The position numbers were made by a program, and so were the translations under genes. A stretch of 64,000 nt of DNA from Bugula neritina (taxonomy: Eukaryota; Animalia; Bryozoa), in NCBI GenBank assembly GCA_964035545.1, contig OZ037765.1:2294001-2358000 (forward strand), written 5' to 3'. This document shows positions 1-9,937 of this stretch, piece by piece (within the stretch, counting starts at the first letter, position 1; each line of letters begins with the position of its first letter). Under the pieces are notes generated by a model. The model made no database searches and had not been told where the DNA came from. It saw only the letters and a program-made list of their open reading frames with translations.

Positions 1-3000
1 AATACTGAACTAGTCTGGCTCTCCACACCTCCCAACTTTTAGCATCTCTTAGCTTTGGCAGTGGTTTATTGAGTAAACTGAGCGTAGGAGCTGAAAGTAG
101 AATTCAAGGAGCTTTTTAAGTTCATTTTGGTAGTGTATGGTGACAAAAAACAAAAGAAACATTTCAAATTTTAAAAACTTCTTGAAATGCTGCCAATAAC
201 TAACTTCAGTTAAAGGATAGATAATTATGGTGTGTACTCTTAAGATATTTGTGGTGGTCAGGATAAAAACACTAAAATATTTTTAATAATTTTTAGCTTT
301 GATAGTACAGATTGGGGAATAGCATCTCAATATTATTTAAAATAATACATTATTGATGATAATGGAGCATTACCTTTACTATTCAATAATTAATCCGTAG
401 AATATGAAATAGACTAAAACACAGTCTTTTTACTATGCAATATGAAATAGACTAAATCACAGTCTTTTCACTGTGCAATACTTACCAGTTCTGTACTGAC
501 GAGCCACCCAATCAACAGCCTGGAATATTCCATTCTTCTCCGTGTCTTTCAAACATACACACAGATCTTTAGCTGGCTGAAACATGTGTAAAGAAATATA
601 TAGCTTCACTGTATAAAGCTGAGAGATATAACTTGTATTAGGAATGTCTCACCTTTTGTGTTTATGCATGCTATTGTAGTAAACTGTGGGTTATGAATGC
701 AACTAGTGCTTGAACATACTCTTTGCGTTAGAGAGAATAAGCCAAGTATTTGAATACGAATGAAAGATAAACTTTATTTGCATCAGATACAGCTTATGTG
801 GTCCTACTACCAGCGAGCTCCAGTAGTAGTCTGAATCTACACTGGAAACTCGCCTGCTTTTATACACAAGAATTCACATCTAGAATGTTCCAACAGACAA
901 AAGAAAGTTAAGCTTGACAGTAACAAAAGAAAAATAGACAAAGGAGAATGAATAATTCAATAGGCCAAGAATTTAGCTATAATAACAACCTATTGAAGGC
1001 ATTCATAAAAGCTACACAAATTTCCAGTATCAGTATTAATGCAAAACGATGAAATAGCAAAAAGGGAAAATAACTCTGGAAATGCGTATTTAATGAAAAT
1101 TACATTATACTGAAAGCTTAATCACAATAATAAGGCATTAGAAAGCTAGTGCAACTTAGCTACAATTACAGCATTCAAAATATACGCAACAGTAATTATA
1201 ATACTGACACACGCAGTTACTTGAAAACAGTAGAGGATGAGAATCTATCACATTCTCCCCCCATCGAAAAGCATCCCCTTTTCGATAACAAAACAATGAT
1301 TCCACACAAAAAAATGAAACACAAACGTAGAAAAATATGCGGTTAACAGGAAAGTATTATGATTAATCACACGTAACACGAGAACATTTACAGTTCAATT
1401 GGCTATTGCCAGCGGCCCCTGGTTGTCCGGTTTTATCATTAGAGGTGGTGCACCAGGCTTTCTATCTCTTCTGTATTTGGATCGAGGATATGGGACCAGG
1501 CCTCGATTGCGCTATCCAGGACGCACTCTCGGTAAGGAAGTGCCATACTCTGCCCGTGACGGGGCAATTGTGGGTGGGTTGGCTGAGTCTGTTCTTCTAT
1601 CTGGTTGCCTGGTGCTCCAGATATCCAATACTGGCGGGCGACCAGGGCCCGAGGCATTGCCAGTATTGGAGGGTCCTCTTCGTCTCTGCCTGCGAGGTGG
1701 TCGCCGTATAGAGTGCCCTGCTCCTCCCCAGCTGTGAGCTGGAGCTCAACCGGTTCGGGGTCAGGGCCACTAACGCTGGCGGAACACACCTCGGAAGAGG
1801 GGGTGTCGTACTGCTGGCTGCGGGGAGCCGAAACAGGAGCTGGTGGGGGAGGGGAGTCGGATCGACTGGCCTCCTCGGTATCCTTACGCTCCTCTGTTTG
1901 GGTATCTGGCGAGGTAACTCCCATAGCTGATGCTAGTGTCTGAATAACAGTGTTTAAATTATACTTAGGGGTATCAGGATTACAATTCAACGTGAGCTGT
2001 AACTCACGTGCTAGCTGTGTGAAATCTTCTTCTTGGTGGAATTCTCCGGGGTGATGGAGGGAATTTCCAGCCAAGATGGGGTGGTCGTCCGTACTGGGTG
2101 GGTTGTCTTCATGAGGGGGCCACTCCAGGTGCCCTACAGCATAGTCTGCCAGATACCTAGGGGGTCTTCTTGACCGCTGGCTCCTCTCAATTGGAACAGG
2201 CACCGGTGGTGTTGGTGGCTCCTGTGCTACCCTAGTAGGGGGGTCCCCGCCTTCACCCAACACGGGGGTGGGGGTGTCCTCCCCCAGGGAGGGTGGTGGT
2301 CCTAGGGCTTGCCGCTGTTCCTGTTCCCGCTCTTCTCTCTGCTGTCGCTCCAGTTGCTCTATCAAGGCGGCCTGCTCCTGGTCCGCCTCCCTGGGGACCA
2401 TAATCTCCACCTCACGGGGCTGGGTGGCCCGTCCACGACGGTTGGGCTGACGGTGGGGCTCCAAGAGGGGTGGAGCCTGACCCACCGCGTCTGGGCTGGC
2501 ATGGTAAGGTTTGAGGGGCTGCTCGCTCTGGACAGAGACCTGTCCAGAGCGCTCCACACGGTATGTGTGGTTGGGCAGCACCTCTACTACGCAGTAGGGG
2601 CCGACGAACTTGGGCTGAAGCTTAGCCGACTGTCCGCGCCGCCTACGGTAACTCACCATCCAGACCCAGTCTCCCACTTGGTACAACGGGGGCTCCTCCG
2701 AGTCCTCTGTGCGGGTCTGCCACTGCTGGGTGCGCAGCGCATCATGAGCTTTGCCCATGATGTCCATCAGACCCTCCACATATTCGTGTACCGGTGACTC
2801 GGGGGCAGGAACATGGTACGTCAGGTGTTCCGGGACCCGCGTCTCTCGGCCTAACATCAGGAAGTTTGGGGTCTCCTGCGTGGCGGAGTGTGGTGTGCTG
2901 CGGTAAGCCCGCATGATCTGCGGCAGCACCACGTCCCATTCTTCCTGACCTCGACCAAGCAGCAGGCTCCGGAGCGCGTCACCCAACATCCTGTTGTTCC

Positions 3001-6000
3001 GCTCGACGACTCCGTTCCCTTGCGGGTGATATGGGGTGGTCCGACTCTGGTTCACCCCCCATATCCGGCAGAGGTCTCCCATGAGCTGGGACTGGAACTG
3101 GGCGCCCTGGTCCGTATGTATCTGCTCGGGTAAACCGAGGTAACAGAACACATGTTGGTCCAGGGTCCGGGCCACCGTGGGGGCGGTGGCGTCTGGAATA
3201 GCCAGAGCATCCGCCCACCGGGTAAAGTGGTCCGTGAGCACCAGTATCCAGGTGTTTCCTCTGGCGGATAACGGCATAGGCCCGACGAGGTCTACCGCCA
3301 CTACTTGCCACGGTCGACCAGCGTACAGCCGGCGTCGACCAGTGGTTTCCGTGGGGCGGCCATGCTTGCTAGCTTGGCAGACCTCGCATTGCCGTACCCG
3401 CAGTCGTACGTCCCGAGTCATTCCGGGCCAATACCAACGCAGCCGCAGACACCTGATGACCCGACTGACTCCAGCATGAGCCTGCTTATGGGTGTCCCAG
3501 ATCAGTTCCCGCCGGAGGGCGCGTGGACAGACGACGCGGTCCCTCTTCTGCTGGCGGTTGTCTGCTGCTAACGTTATCATCAGGAGGCCATCAGGACTGA
3601 CCTTGAGGGCATCCCAGCGACGACAGAGGAGTTGGAACTCAACGTCTCCCTGCCGCTGCTGTTCCTCGCTAGGTCGTCGGCCCTCCTTCTTGGCCCGGAA
3701 GATGTCCGCTACCGCGCCGGGTAGCGTCTCCTGGAGTCGGCACAGCTCCTTGACGTTCTGGTGCAGAGTAGGGTTGGCGTGGAGCGCCTGGACACCGTCC
3801 TGGTGGGTTTCGGTCCGAAGATGGCCGTGCTCCCACCGGTAGGCGGTGCCCTCCACTAGCTCTGTTTCCACGTCAAGGCGAGCGGGTCCCCCGTCCCGCT
3901 GTTCAATGTGCAGGCATTGCTTACAGTCCTCTACCGGCCGGCGGCTCATGCCGTCGGCGTTCCCATGCTTCCGGCCTGCACGGTGCTCTATACGGTAAGA
4001 GAACTCGGCAAGAATCTCTAGCCAACGAGCCACCTGGCTCGAGGGCTCTGCACGTTTACACAGCCATATCAGTGATGCATGGTCTGTTCGCAAACGGAAC
4101 GATTTCCCATACAGATATGGCCGAAAGTGCTTGACCGCCTTGACTACTGCTAGGAGTTCCTTCCTAGTGGTGCAGTAGTTCTTCTCGGCGGCCGCGAGAG
4201 TCTTGCTATAGTAAGCCACGACCACCTCACTTCCACCCTGGACTTGAGACAGGACGGCTCCCACGCTGTGGTCGCTGGCGTCGGTGTCCAGGATGTACTC
4301 CTTGGCTGGATCAGGATACGCCAGGATTGGCGCTTCCATTAGCCGTTGCTTGAGGTGGTCGAATGCCTGCTGCTCCTCCTGTGTCCACTGCCACCGGACT
4401 CCCTTTGCGGTCAGCCGATTTAACGGCTGAGCCACTCCTGCGAAACCAGGTATGTACTGCCGGTAGTACCCTACTAGGCCCAGGAATGCACGCAACTCAG
4501 GGAGGTCGCGGGGGACAGTCCACTCCTTCACAGCTTGTACCTTCTCTGGATCGGTAGCGACCCCATCACGGCCAACCACATGGCCCAGGTATGTGACTTC
4601 TGGCTGCAGGAGTGCGCACTTGGAGGGCTTCAGCTTCAGTCCGGCTGCCCGGAGACGGTCAAAGACCTCCCGCAGACGACTGACATGAGTCGAAAAGTCT
4701 GGGGAGATGACAATGACATCGTCCAGATAGATGAGGAGGGTCTTCCAGTGTAACCCACTGAGGACTTGCTCCATGAGCCGTTGGAATGTTGCCGGAGCGG
4801 ACGTTAGTCCGAATGGCAGTACTTTCCACTTCCAGAGCCCGTCGCGAGTAATGAATGCTGCTTTGTCCTGGGCATCAGGACTGAGGGGCACTTGCCAGTA
4901 CCCGCTAAGCAGATCCAAAGTACTGAAGTACTTGCTACCCGCGAGGGCATCTAGAGACTCATCTATCCGTGGGAGAGGGTAGGCGTCCTGGATGGTAGCG
5001 TTGTTGAGTCTGCGGTAGTCTACGCAGAATCTCCAGCTACCATCCTTCTTCTTGACCAGGACCACTGGGGAGCTCCACGCACCGTGGGCAGGCTCAATCA
5101 GATCCCGGTCCAGAAGATCCTGTACCTGTCGGCTCACCTCCTTCTCCTTCTCCGGGCCCAGACGTCGGGTAGGCTGCCTGATGGGAGTGGTGTCGGCTGC
5201 CAGGGGTATCTCGTGAGAGATAACCTTAGTCAGCCCCATGTCTCTATCGCCACGACTGAAGACATCACTGTACTCCGCGAGTAGTTGAGCCAGTACTTGG
5301 CGTTCAGTACTACTCGTACAGTTTCCACATGCTCCGCCATACAGGTCAGCCAGATGCTCCGGGACTGCTTCTCGTCTGGTGTGAGGGGGGTTTCCCTGGT
5401 TGTCGGCCACTGTCTCCAGTGCCGGACCCACATCCGCTTCCTGGATGGAGTGGTACTTCCCCACCAGCGCTCCAGCCGATAGTTGGACAGGTTCCGTGAA
5501 GGGGTTGATGCACTGCACGAGGAGCTCTTGCCGACAATCTAGCCGATTCAGGCTGTTTGCTAGTCGGATGGCTCCATGCGTTCCCTCAACCATCCCCAGG
5601 CCGGCGATCCCTTTGCAGTTGACTCTGCATCGGAGGGTCGCCTGGGATCTCCCCGGAACCGTGCAGTCCCGCACTACCTGGACTCCGCCCACCAAGGGCC
5701 TGCCAAACTTGTCAACACAGACAAGTTCCTTCCCAGCCATCACCACCACTGACTTCTGGAAATCCATGTGACACTGGTGTTTCTCCAGAAAGGGCATTCC
5801 CAAGATGGCGTCCTCCTTCAGCTGGCTGACTATGAACGTCTCGTGAATTGCTTGATCACGGACGCGTCCAGGCAGTGAGATGACGCCGTAGAAAGGGATG
5901 CATGATCCGTCCGCCAACGTACCATGCGCACCTTCATACGGCTCGAGGCTCGCCCGCTCTCGAGCACCAAGAGTATCAAAGAGACGCCTACTCAGCAGGT

Positions 6001-9000
6001 TGGTAGTGCACCCAGTATCCAGTAGGAATGTGGCAGCTTTACCCGAAATCTTTCCGGGCAGGAAGTAGCTGCTTCCGTACGGCTGGGTGCTCCTGGAGCG
6101 GTCAGTCTCTGGGGGAGACACAACTTGGGTCCGCACAGCGGGCCTCCTCTTCGTCTTAGAGACAACGGGGGTTTTCTGAGGTCGGGAGGGTAGCTTGGGG
6201 TACTCTTGTGAGTAAGCTGAATCCTCCCCCACAACCTCCTCGGGCAACCCCGCGAACCGGTTACGGAGTGGCCAGGCTGGAGGATCGGGTAGACCTTGCG
6301 GTCTCCGAGATCTCCGAGGTGCCTGCCATCCGGTTTCTTCTAGCTCCATCCGGGTTTCGAGTGGCATGGCAGGAGGATCGGGTAGACCTTTCGGTCTCCG
6401 AGATCTCCGTGGTGCCTGCCACTCGGTACCGGCAGACTCTGTGGAGGTCTCTTCTGTTACCCTCCGAGTCCTATCCCGGACGGGATTAGCGTGAGGCCCA
6501 CGGGTGGCGGAAGTTACCGTGGGCCTTGGGTGTTTAAAGGCCTCTGTCCTATAGGGCAGTGCCTTCTCACATGACCTTGCATCCTGCACTCCCAACAGGT
6601 GGGCAGAGACGGGCGGACAGGGTCGTCCCGCGATCGGGGAGCCCGCCTGTCCGTCTGGTTGCGCTGCAACTCCGACACCGTAGCCTGCAGGCCTTTCATC
6701 ATGTTCATCAACATGGTGAGCTGCGTCTGCTCGGGTGATGGAGTTACTGCTGCCGCCACCTGTGGGGTTGGAGATGGGGGTGCCTCTTCTTCGTCTTTGG
6801 CCACCTGTCGAGCTGTGTAGCTTGCCTTCTGAGGCTCTTCTACTTGGAAGTAAGCCTTCCCCATCTTCAGCGCTTCTTCTATACTGCTGACCTTGGCGGC
6901 CAGCCAGTATCGCTGCAGGTCCGGGTGGTTCACGCTCCGGAAGAACGCGTTATAAACGAGGCGCTTCCGGTCGTCGTCAGTGGCGTGACCGAAAGCAGCC
7001 TGAGCCAGGCGCTCTACCTCGTTAGCGTGATCTTCCAGATGTGTTCTTTGGTCTCTCCTCATCACTTGTAGTTGGTCTGCCGCCTCTTCAGTCGTCAGAC
7101 CGAACCGGGCCCTGAGAGCCCGCATGATGTGCTCTTCATCAGGCCCAAGAGCGAAGCTCTTGGCCCGGCCTGTCAGACAGGCCCGAAGTTGGAGGATGCG
7201 CACCCGTACTGGCCATTCAGCGATGGTGGCCACATCCTGGAACTCCCTGATGAATTGCTCTACGTCTCCTTCTCCTCCGAAATTCGGGGGCTGGAGGCGA
7301 TACCTGTCACCAGGTGATGCCTGTCCTGTAGTAGTCTGAATCTACACTGGAAACTCGCCTGCTTTTATACACAAGAATTCACATCTAGAATGTTCCAACA
7401 GACAAAAGAAAGTTAAGCTTGACAGTAACAAAAGAAAAATAGACAAAGGAGAATGAATAATTCAATAGGCCAAGAATTTAGCTATAATAACAACCTATTG
7501 AAGGCATTCATAAAAGCTACACAAATTTCCAGTATCAGTATTAATGCAAAACGATGAAATAGCAAAAAGGGAAAATAACTCTGGAAATGCGTATTTAATG
7601 AAAATTACATTATACTGAAAGCTTAATCACAATAATAAGGCATTAGAAAGCTAGTGCAACTTAGCTACAATTACAGCATTCAAAATATACGCAACAGTAA
7701 TTATAATACTGACACACGCAGTTACTTGAAAACAGTAGAGGATGAGAATCTATCACACTATTTTTAGATTCTAATTTATTGTTATAGTTTTACAGTTTTA
7801 TATACAGTGAAAATAAAAACTGTTTCATTATCAAAGTATATTATAGATTGTGAATATTGGTAGTTGATTTCCCCTGTTTTTATTACTCTTGCTAATAGCT
7901 GTTGTGGAGATTTCAGTTGAGTGTTTCTAGTTAACACAGTTTATGCAGCAGAATCTAAGCAACATTTCTTTTTTAGTTTACATGATTCACATATTATATA
8001 TAGCTATTGTTTTTAGCTACTAATAACATATATTAATATAATAATCTATATTATAAAATATAATAATTATATATTATGATGGACTTTAACAACATAGCGT
8101 TAAAATAAAATAGCATAATGATAATTATATTTCAGTTTACAGAAACTACCTGCTTCATAAGATTAAACTCCTCTTTGATTTTAGCCCAAGTGTCTTTCAT
8201 ATGAAACTTGTGGACAATCCTGGCTACGAGTGGCCAGTTAGTACCAAACTGATCACTTGACTGTCCCACCTGTGACATCACAGAGTCTATGGTGTTCATT
8301 GCCTCACTCACAAAATTCTTATCTATGGTGAAATATTCAGAGAGTTTTATCTGACATGTAAGAATAGCTAGAAGTATGCAAATAAGTAGGTGTGCTATAT
8401 GAATGATATATAAATGTTCATTTATTTCCTAAATATATGTAATAATATTGTTACTCCAAGTATGTTATTATTAATGATAGGTCCTTCAAGAGCATGGGAG
8501 ATAAATATTTAATGTAACTTAATTGTTTATGTAAACTCTTTTTGTTGGCCATTTAAAATCTTAAATAGCAACAGATAGGAGAACAAAACTCTAAATGAAA
8601 AATAATAGATAATTTAGATATTACTAATTTCTTCTTCGGGAGCATGGGGGATAACTCTTTCAGTTTCTGTCGGGTCATTTAGTCGAGGATTTACTACAGG
8701 AACACCATTGAGCTCTTCAGCCAGAGGGTTGAACTTCCTCAGTTCATTTAGTGTGAGGGAGTGGATAGCATGAGCAATGGTCTCATTGAAGTTGGGGGAG
8801 AGTCCATTCTCCTCGTACAACTGTGTGATAGAGTGTAATCTAGCTTATAGAACTTTGGTAAATGTTATGAAGTATCACCAGCTTTGGTAGGTACACATGA
8901 ACTGTAAAGTGTGAAATTTATTTGGTGGTATTCAATCAACTTTTGTTTTAAAAGAAATCTAAAAACTTGAAAGCTTGTCTTAAGCTATTACCCTGCATAC

Positions 9001-9118
9001 AGCTTATTTACGATTAAATGTCATACTTACAGTAACATACTTAACTTACCTGAGCACATTCTTTAGATAGAGCAGGGAGCACAACTCCTAATAGAACAAC
9101 TCCAATAACTGCCTTCAT
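1..9118 (-). CDS. Secreted protein of unknown family, copy A (left arm of inverted pair); last exon runs off the window; intron 3 holds the LTR retrotransposon
   Basis: Exons (minus) 9118-9050, 8820-8625, 8322-8150, 576-486 and 90-<1 have GT/AG boundaries and a continuous frame. Translation starts with the signal peptide MKAVIGVVLLGVVLPALSKECAQ. Exon sizes 69/196/173/91 are identical to copy B. Confidence 0.85.
675..1252 (-). repeat. Complete 3' LTR (578 bp)
   Basis: On minus it starts TGTGATAG directly after the PPT and ends ACTACA. It contains TATAAAAG (857-864), an Inr-like TCAG, a hairpin (804-829) and AATAAA (773-778). 823-1252 is identical by eye to 7328-7757. Confidence 0.92.
1253..1262 (-). 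other. Polypurine tract (GGGGGGAGAA)
   Basis: Purine run abutting the TG of the 3' LTR on the minus strand. Confidence 0.85.
1439..6595 (-). CDS. pol: Pol polyprotein (aspartic protease, RT, RNase H, integrase, long C-terminal tail); probably expressed as Gag-Pol by -1 frameshift
   Basis: 1718-codon ORF. Motifs: protease LLDTG; RT WRFCVDYR/LPFGL/YLDD; RNase H TDAS/TDH; integrase HKQAH...CEVC zinc finger, D-D-E core (VDLV/TDQG/VVER) and GPY motif. Confidence 0.95.
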   Translation of the reverse strand: MGVQDARSCEKALPYRTEAFKHPRPTVTSATRGPHANPVRDRTRRVTEETSTESAGTEWQAPRRSRRPKGLPDPPAMPLETRMELEETGWQAPRRSRRPQGLPDPPAWPLRNRFAGLPEEVVGEDSAYSQEYPKLPSRPQKTPVVSKTKRRPAVRTQVVSPPETDRSRSTQPYGSSYFLPGKISGKAATFLLDTGCTTNLLSRRLFDTLGARERASLEPYEGAHGTLADGSCIPFYGVISLPGRVRDQAIHETFIVSQLKEDAILGMPFLEKHQCHMDFQKSVVVMAGKELVCVDKFGRPLVGGVQVVRDCTVPGRSQATLRCRVNCKGIAGLGMVEGTHGAIRLANSLNRLDCRQELLVQCINPFTEPVQLSAGALVGKYHSIQEADVGPALETVADNQGNPPHTRREAVPEHLADLYGGACGNCTSSTERQVLAQLLAEYSDVFSRGDRDMGLTKVISHEIPLAADTTPIRQPTRRLGPEKEKEVSRQVQDLLDRDLIEPAHGAWSSPVVLVKKKDGSWRFCVDYRRLNNATIQDAYPLPRIDESLDALAGSKYFSTLDLLSGYWQVPLSPDAQDKAAFITRDGLWKWKVLPFGLTSAPATFQRLMEQVLSGLHWKTLLIYLDDVIVISPDFSTHVSRLREVFDRLRAAGLKLKPSKCALLQPEVTYLGHVVGRDGVATDPEKVQAVKEWTVPRDLPELRAFLGLVGYYRQYIPGFAGVAQPLNRLTAKGVRWQWTQEEQQAFDHLKQRLMEAPILAYPDPAKEYILDTDASDHSVGAVLSQVQGGSEVVVAYYSKTLAAAEKNYCTTRKELLAVVKAVKHFRPYLYGKSFRLRTDHASLIWLCKRAEPSSQVARWLEILAEFSYRIEHRAGRKHGNADGMSRRPVEDCKQCLHIEQRDGGPARLDVETELVEGTAYRWEHGHLRTETHQDGVQALHANPTLHQNVKELCRLQETLPGAVADIFRAKKEGRRPSEEQQRQGDVEFQLLCRRWDALKVSPDGLLMITLAADNRQQKRDRVVCPRALRRELIWDTHKQAHAGVSRVIRCLRLRWYWPGMTRDVRLRVRQCEVCQASKHGRPTETTGRRRLYAGRPWQVVAVDLVGPMPLSARGNTWILVLTDHFTRWADALAIPDATAPTVARTLDQHVFCYLGLPEQIHTDQGAQFQSQLMGDLCRIWGVNQSRTTPYHPQGNGVVERNNRMLGDALRSLLLGRGQEEWDVVLPQIMRAYRSTPHSATQETPNFLMLGRETRVPEHLTYHVPAPESPVHEYVEGLMDIMGKAHDALRTQQWQTRTEDSEEPPLYQVGDWVWMVSYRRRRGQSAKLQPKFVGPYCVVEVLPNHTYRVERSGQVSVQSEQPLKPYHASPDAVGQAPPLLEPHRQPNRRGRATQPREVEIMVPREADQEQAALIEQLERQQREEREQEQRQALGPPPSLGEDTPTPVLGEGGDPPTRVAQEPPTPPVPVPIERSQRSRRPPRYLADYAVGHLEWPPHEDNPPSTDDHPILAGNSLHHPGEFHQEEDFTQLARELQLTLNCNPDTPKYNLNTVIQTLASAMGVTSPDTQTEERKDTEEASRSDSPPPPAPVSAPRSQQYDTPSSEVCSASVSGPDPEPVELQLTAGEEQGTLYGDHLAGRDEEDPPILAMPRALVARQYWISGAPGNQIEEQTQPTHPQLPRHGQSMALPYRECVLDSAIEAWSHILDPNTEEIESLVHHL
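6494..6538 (-). promoter_or_regulatory. Programmed -1 ribosomal frameshift signal
   Basis: T_TTA_AAC in the gag frame (6538-6532), a 5-nt spacer, then a perfect 10-bp stem AGGCCCACGG/CCGTGGGCCT with a 13-nt loop. pol is in the -1 frame relative to gag. Confidence 0.85.
6514..7326 (-). CDS. gag: Gag, 5'-truncated (no ATG at the 5' end of the frame)
   Basis: C-terminal CCHC knuckle CWECRMQGHVRRHC. The frame stays open upstream of the GTG at 7233 (GQASPGDRYRLQPPNFGGEGDVEQFIREF...) into the LTR, where it meets a TAG without an ATG. Confidence 0.85.
   Translation of the reverse strand, partial: GQASPGDRYRLQPPNFGGEGDVEQFIREFQDVATIAEWPVRVRILQLRACLTGRAKSFALGPDEEHIMRALRARFGLTTEEAADQLQVMRRDQRTHLEDHANEVERLAQAAFGHATDDDRKRLVYNAFFRSVNHPDLQRYWLAAKVSSIEEALKMGKAYFQVEEPQKASYTARQVAKDEEEAPPSPTPQVAAAVTPSPEQTQLTMLMNMMKGLQATVSELQRNQTDRRAPRSRDDPVRPSLPTCWECRMQGHVRRHCPIGQRPLNTQGPR
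7328..7757 (-). repeat. Truncated 5' LTR (430 bp; U3 plus first bases of R)
   Basis: Identical to 823-1252 but lacks the equivalent of 675-822. It retains the TATA box (7363-7369). Confidence 0.9.
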
Positions 9119-9937
9119 ACTGTCAGTTCTGAAATGTCTCTAGTGAGTTGAGTTGACTTTGAAGTAGAGTTGGTGAATGCAGATGTTGTTATGATGACTT
9201 ATGTGTCCTGATAGCTTATTTATATATCAATAGATGTTGTGATAGCTTATGTGTTGTGATGGTGCAGAATAACTCTGGCTAGGAATTGTTTGAAGGTCGT
9301 TGACATCAACCCAGCTAAGTTATAGAAACTAGCAAAACAGAGTTGATAACAATAAAATGGTCAAACAAAATAGCAAAGCAGAGTTTATAACAACCCAATC
9401 AGATTCACTTGGCTGATAAAAAGTGCAAACATTAAACCACAATATGAAAGGTTAGTTGATAATTCTCCTGATGGTCTAAAAATAGCAACAAGAAGCATGT
9501 TTAGCTTGTTGTTTATCAGTGTAATCTATAAAGTTAAATTGCAAGTTATGTAGCCAAAGTTCTTATGCTTCCTATATGTATAAATAAGGCTGGGATATTA
9601 TGTTGTAAGGTAATAACCTCTCTCAGTGTCTAGAAAGAAAGTATGATTTCAGTCTACCTGATGTAATGCTGATAAATACTGAAGTTTCTAAACTTTGACC
9701 ACTTCTTTATCAACTCTGTTTTGCCAGTTTCTGTAGCATGGTTGGGTTGCTGTCAACGATCTTCAAATAGTTCATAGCCAGAGTTCTTATGCACCATCAC
9801 AACACATAAGCTATCACAACATCCATTGCTATATAAATAAGCTGTCTGAACACATAAGTCATCATAACAACATTTGCATTCACCAACTCTAGGTCAAAGT
9901 TAACTCAACTCACTAGAGACATTTCAGAACTGACAGT
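9119..9937. promoter_or_regulatory. Divergent promoter region of the inverted gene pair
   Basis: Mirror-image TATATAAATAAG boxes (~9214-9225 minus; ~9830-9841 plus). Inverted homology extends to ~9350 and ~9707, around a ~355-bp unique spacer. Confidence 0.7.

Larger units (their letters stand above)
675..7757 (-). mobile_element. Ty3/Gypsy LTR retrotransposon, recent insertion, 5' LTR/leader deleted
   Basis: TG...CA termini and a 4-bp TSD CTAT (671-674, 7758-7761). The empty site is seen in the paralogous intron (~11150-11170). Order is gag then pol (PR-RT-RH-IN), with a PPT next to the 3' LTR. Confidence 0.95.

Noticed and set aside
1263-1438. env gene or endogenous retrovirus
   Set aside because: Only ~180 bp lie between the pol stop and the PPT, and the pol tail has no signal peptide or TM segment.
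7304-7312. TGGTGACAG as primer-binding site
   Set aside because: It lies ~14 nt from the LTR junction within apparent gag coding sequence, and I cannot match it to a tRNA 3' end.
1399-7339. Many plus-strand ORFs across the retrotransposon
   Set aside because: Antisense shadows of GC-rich gag/pol coding sequence with no motifs.
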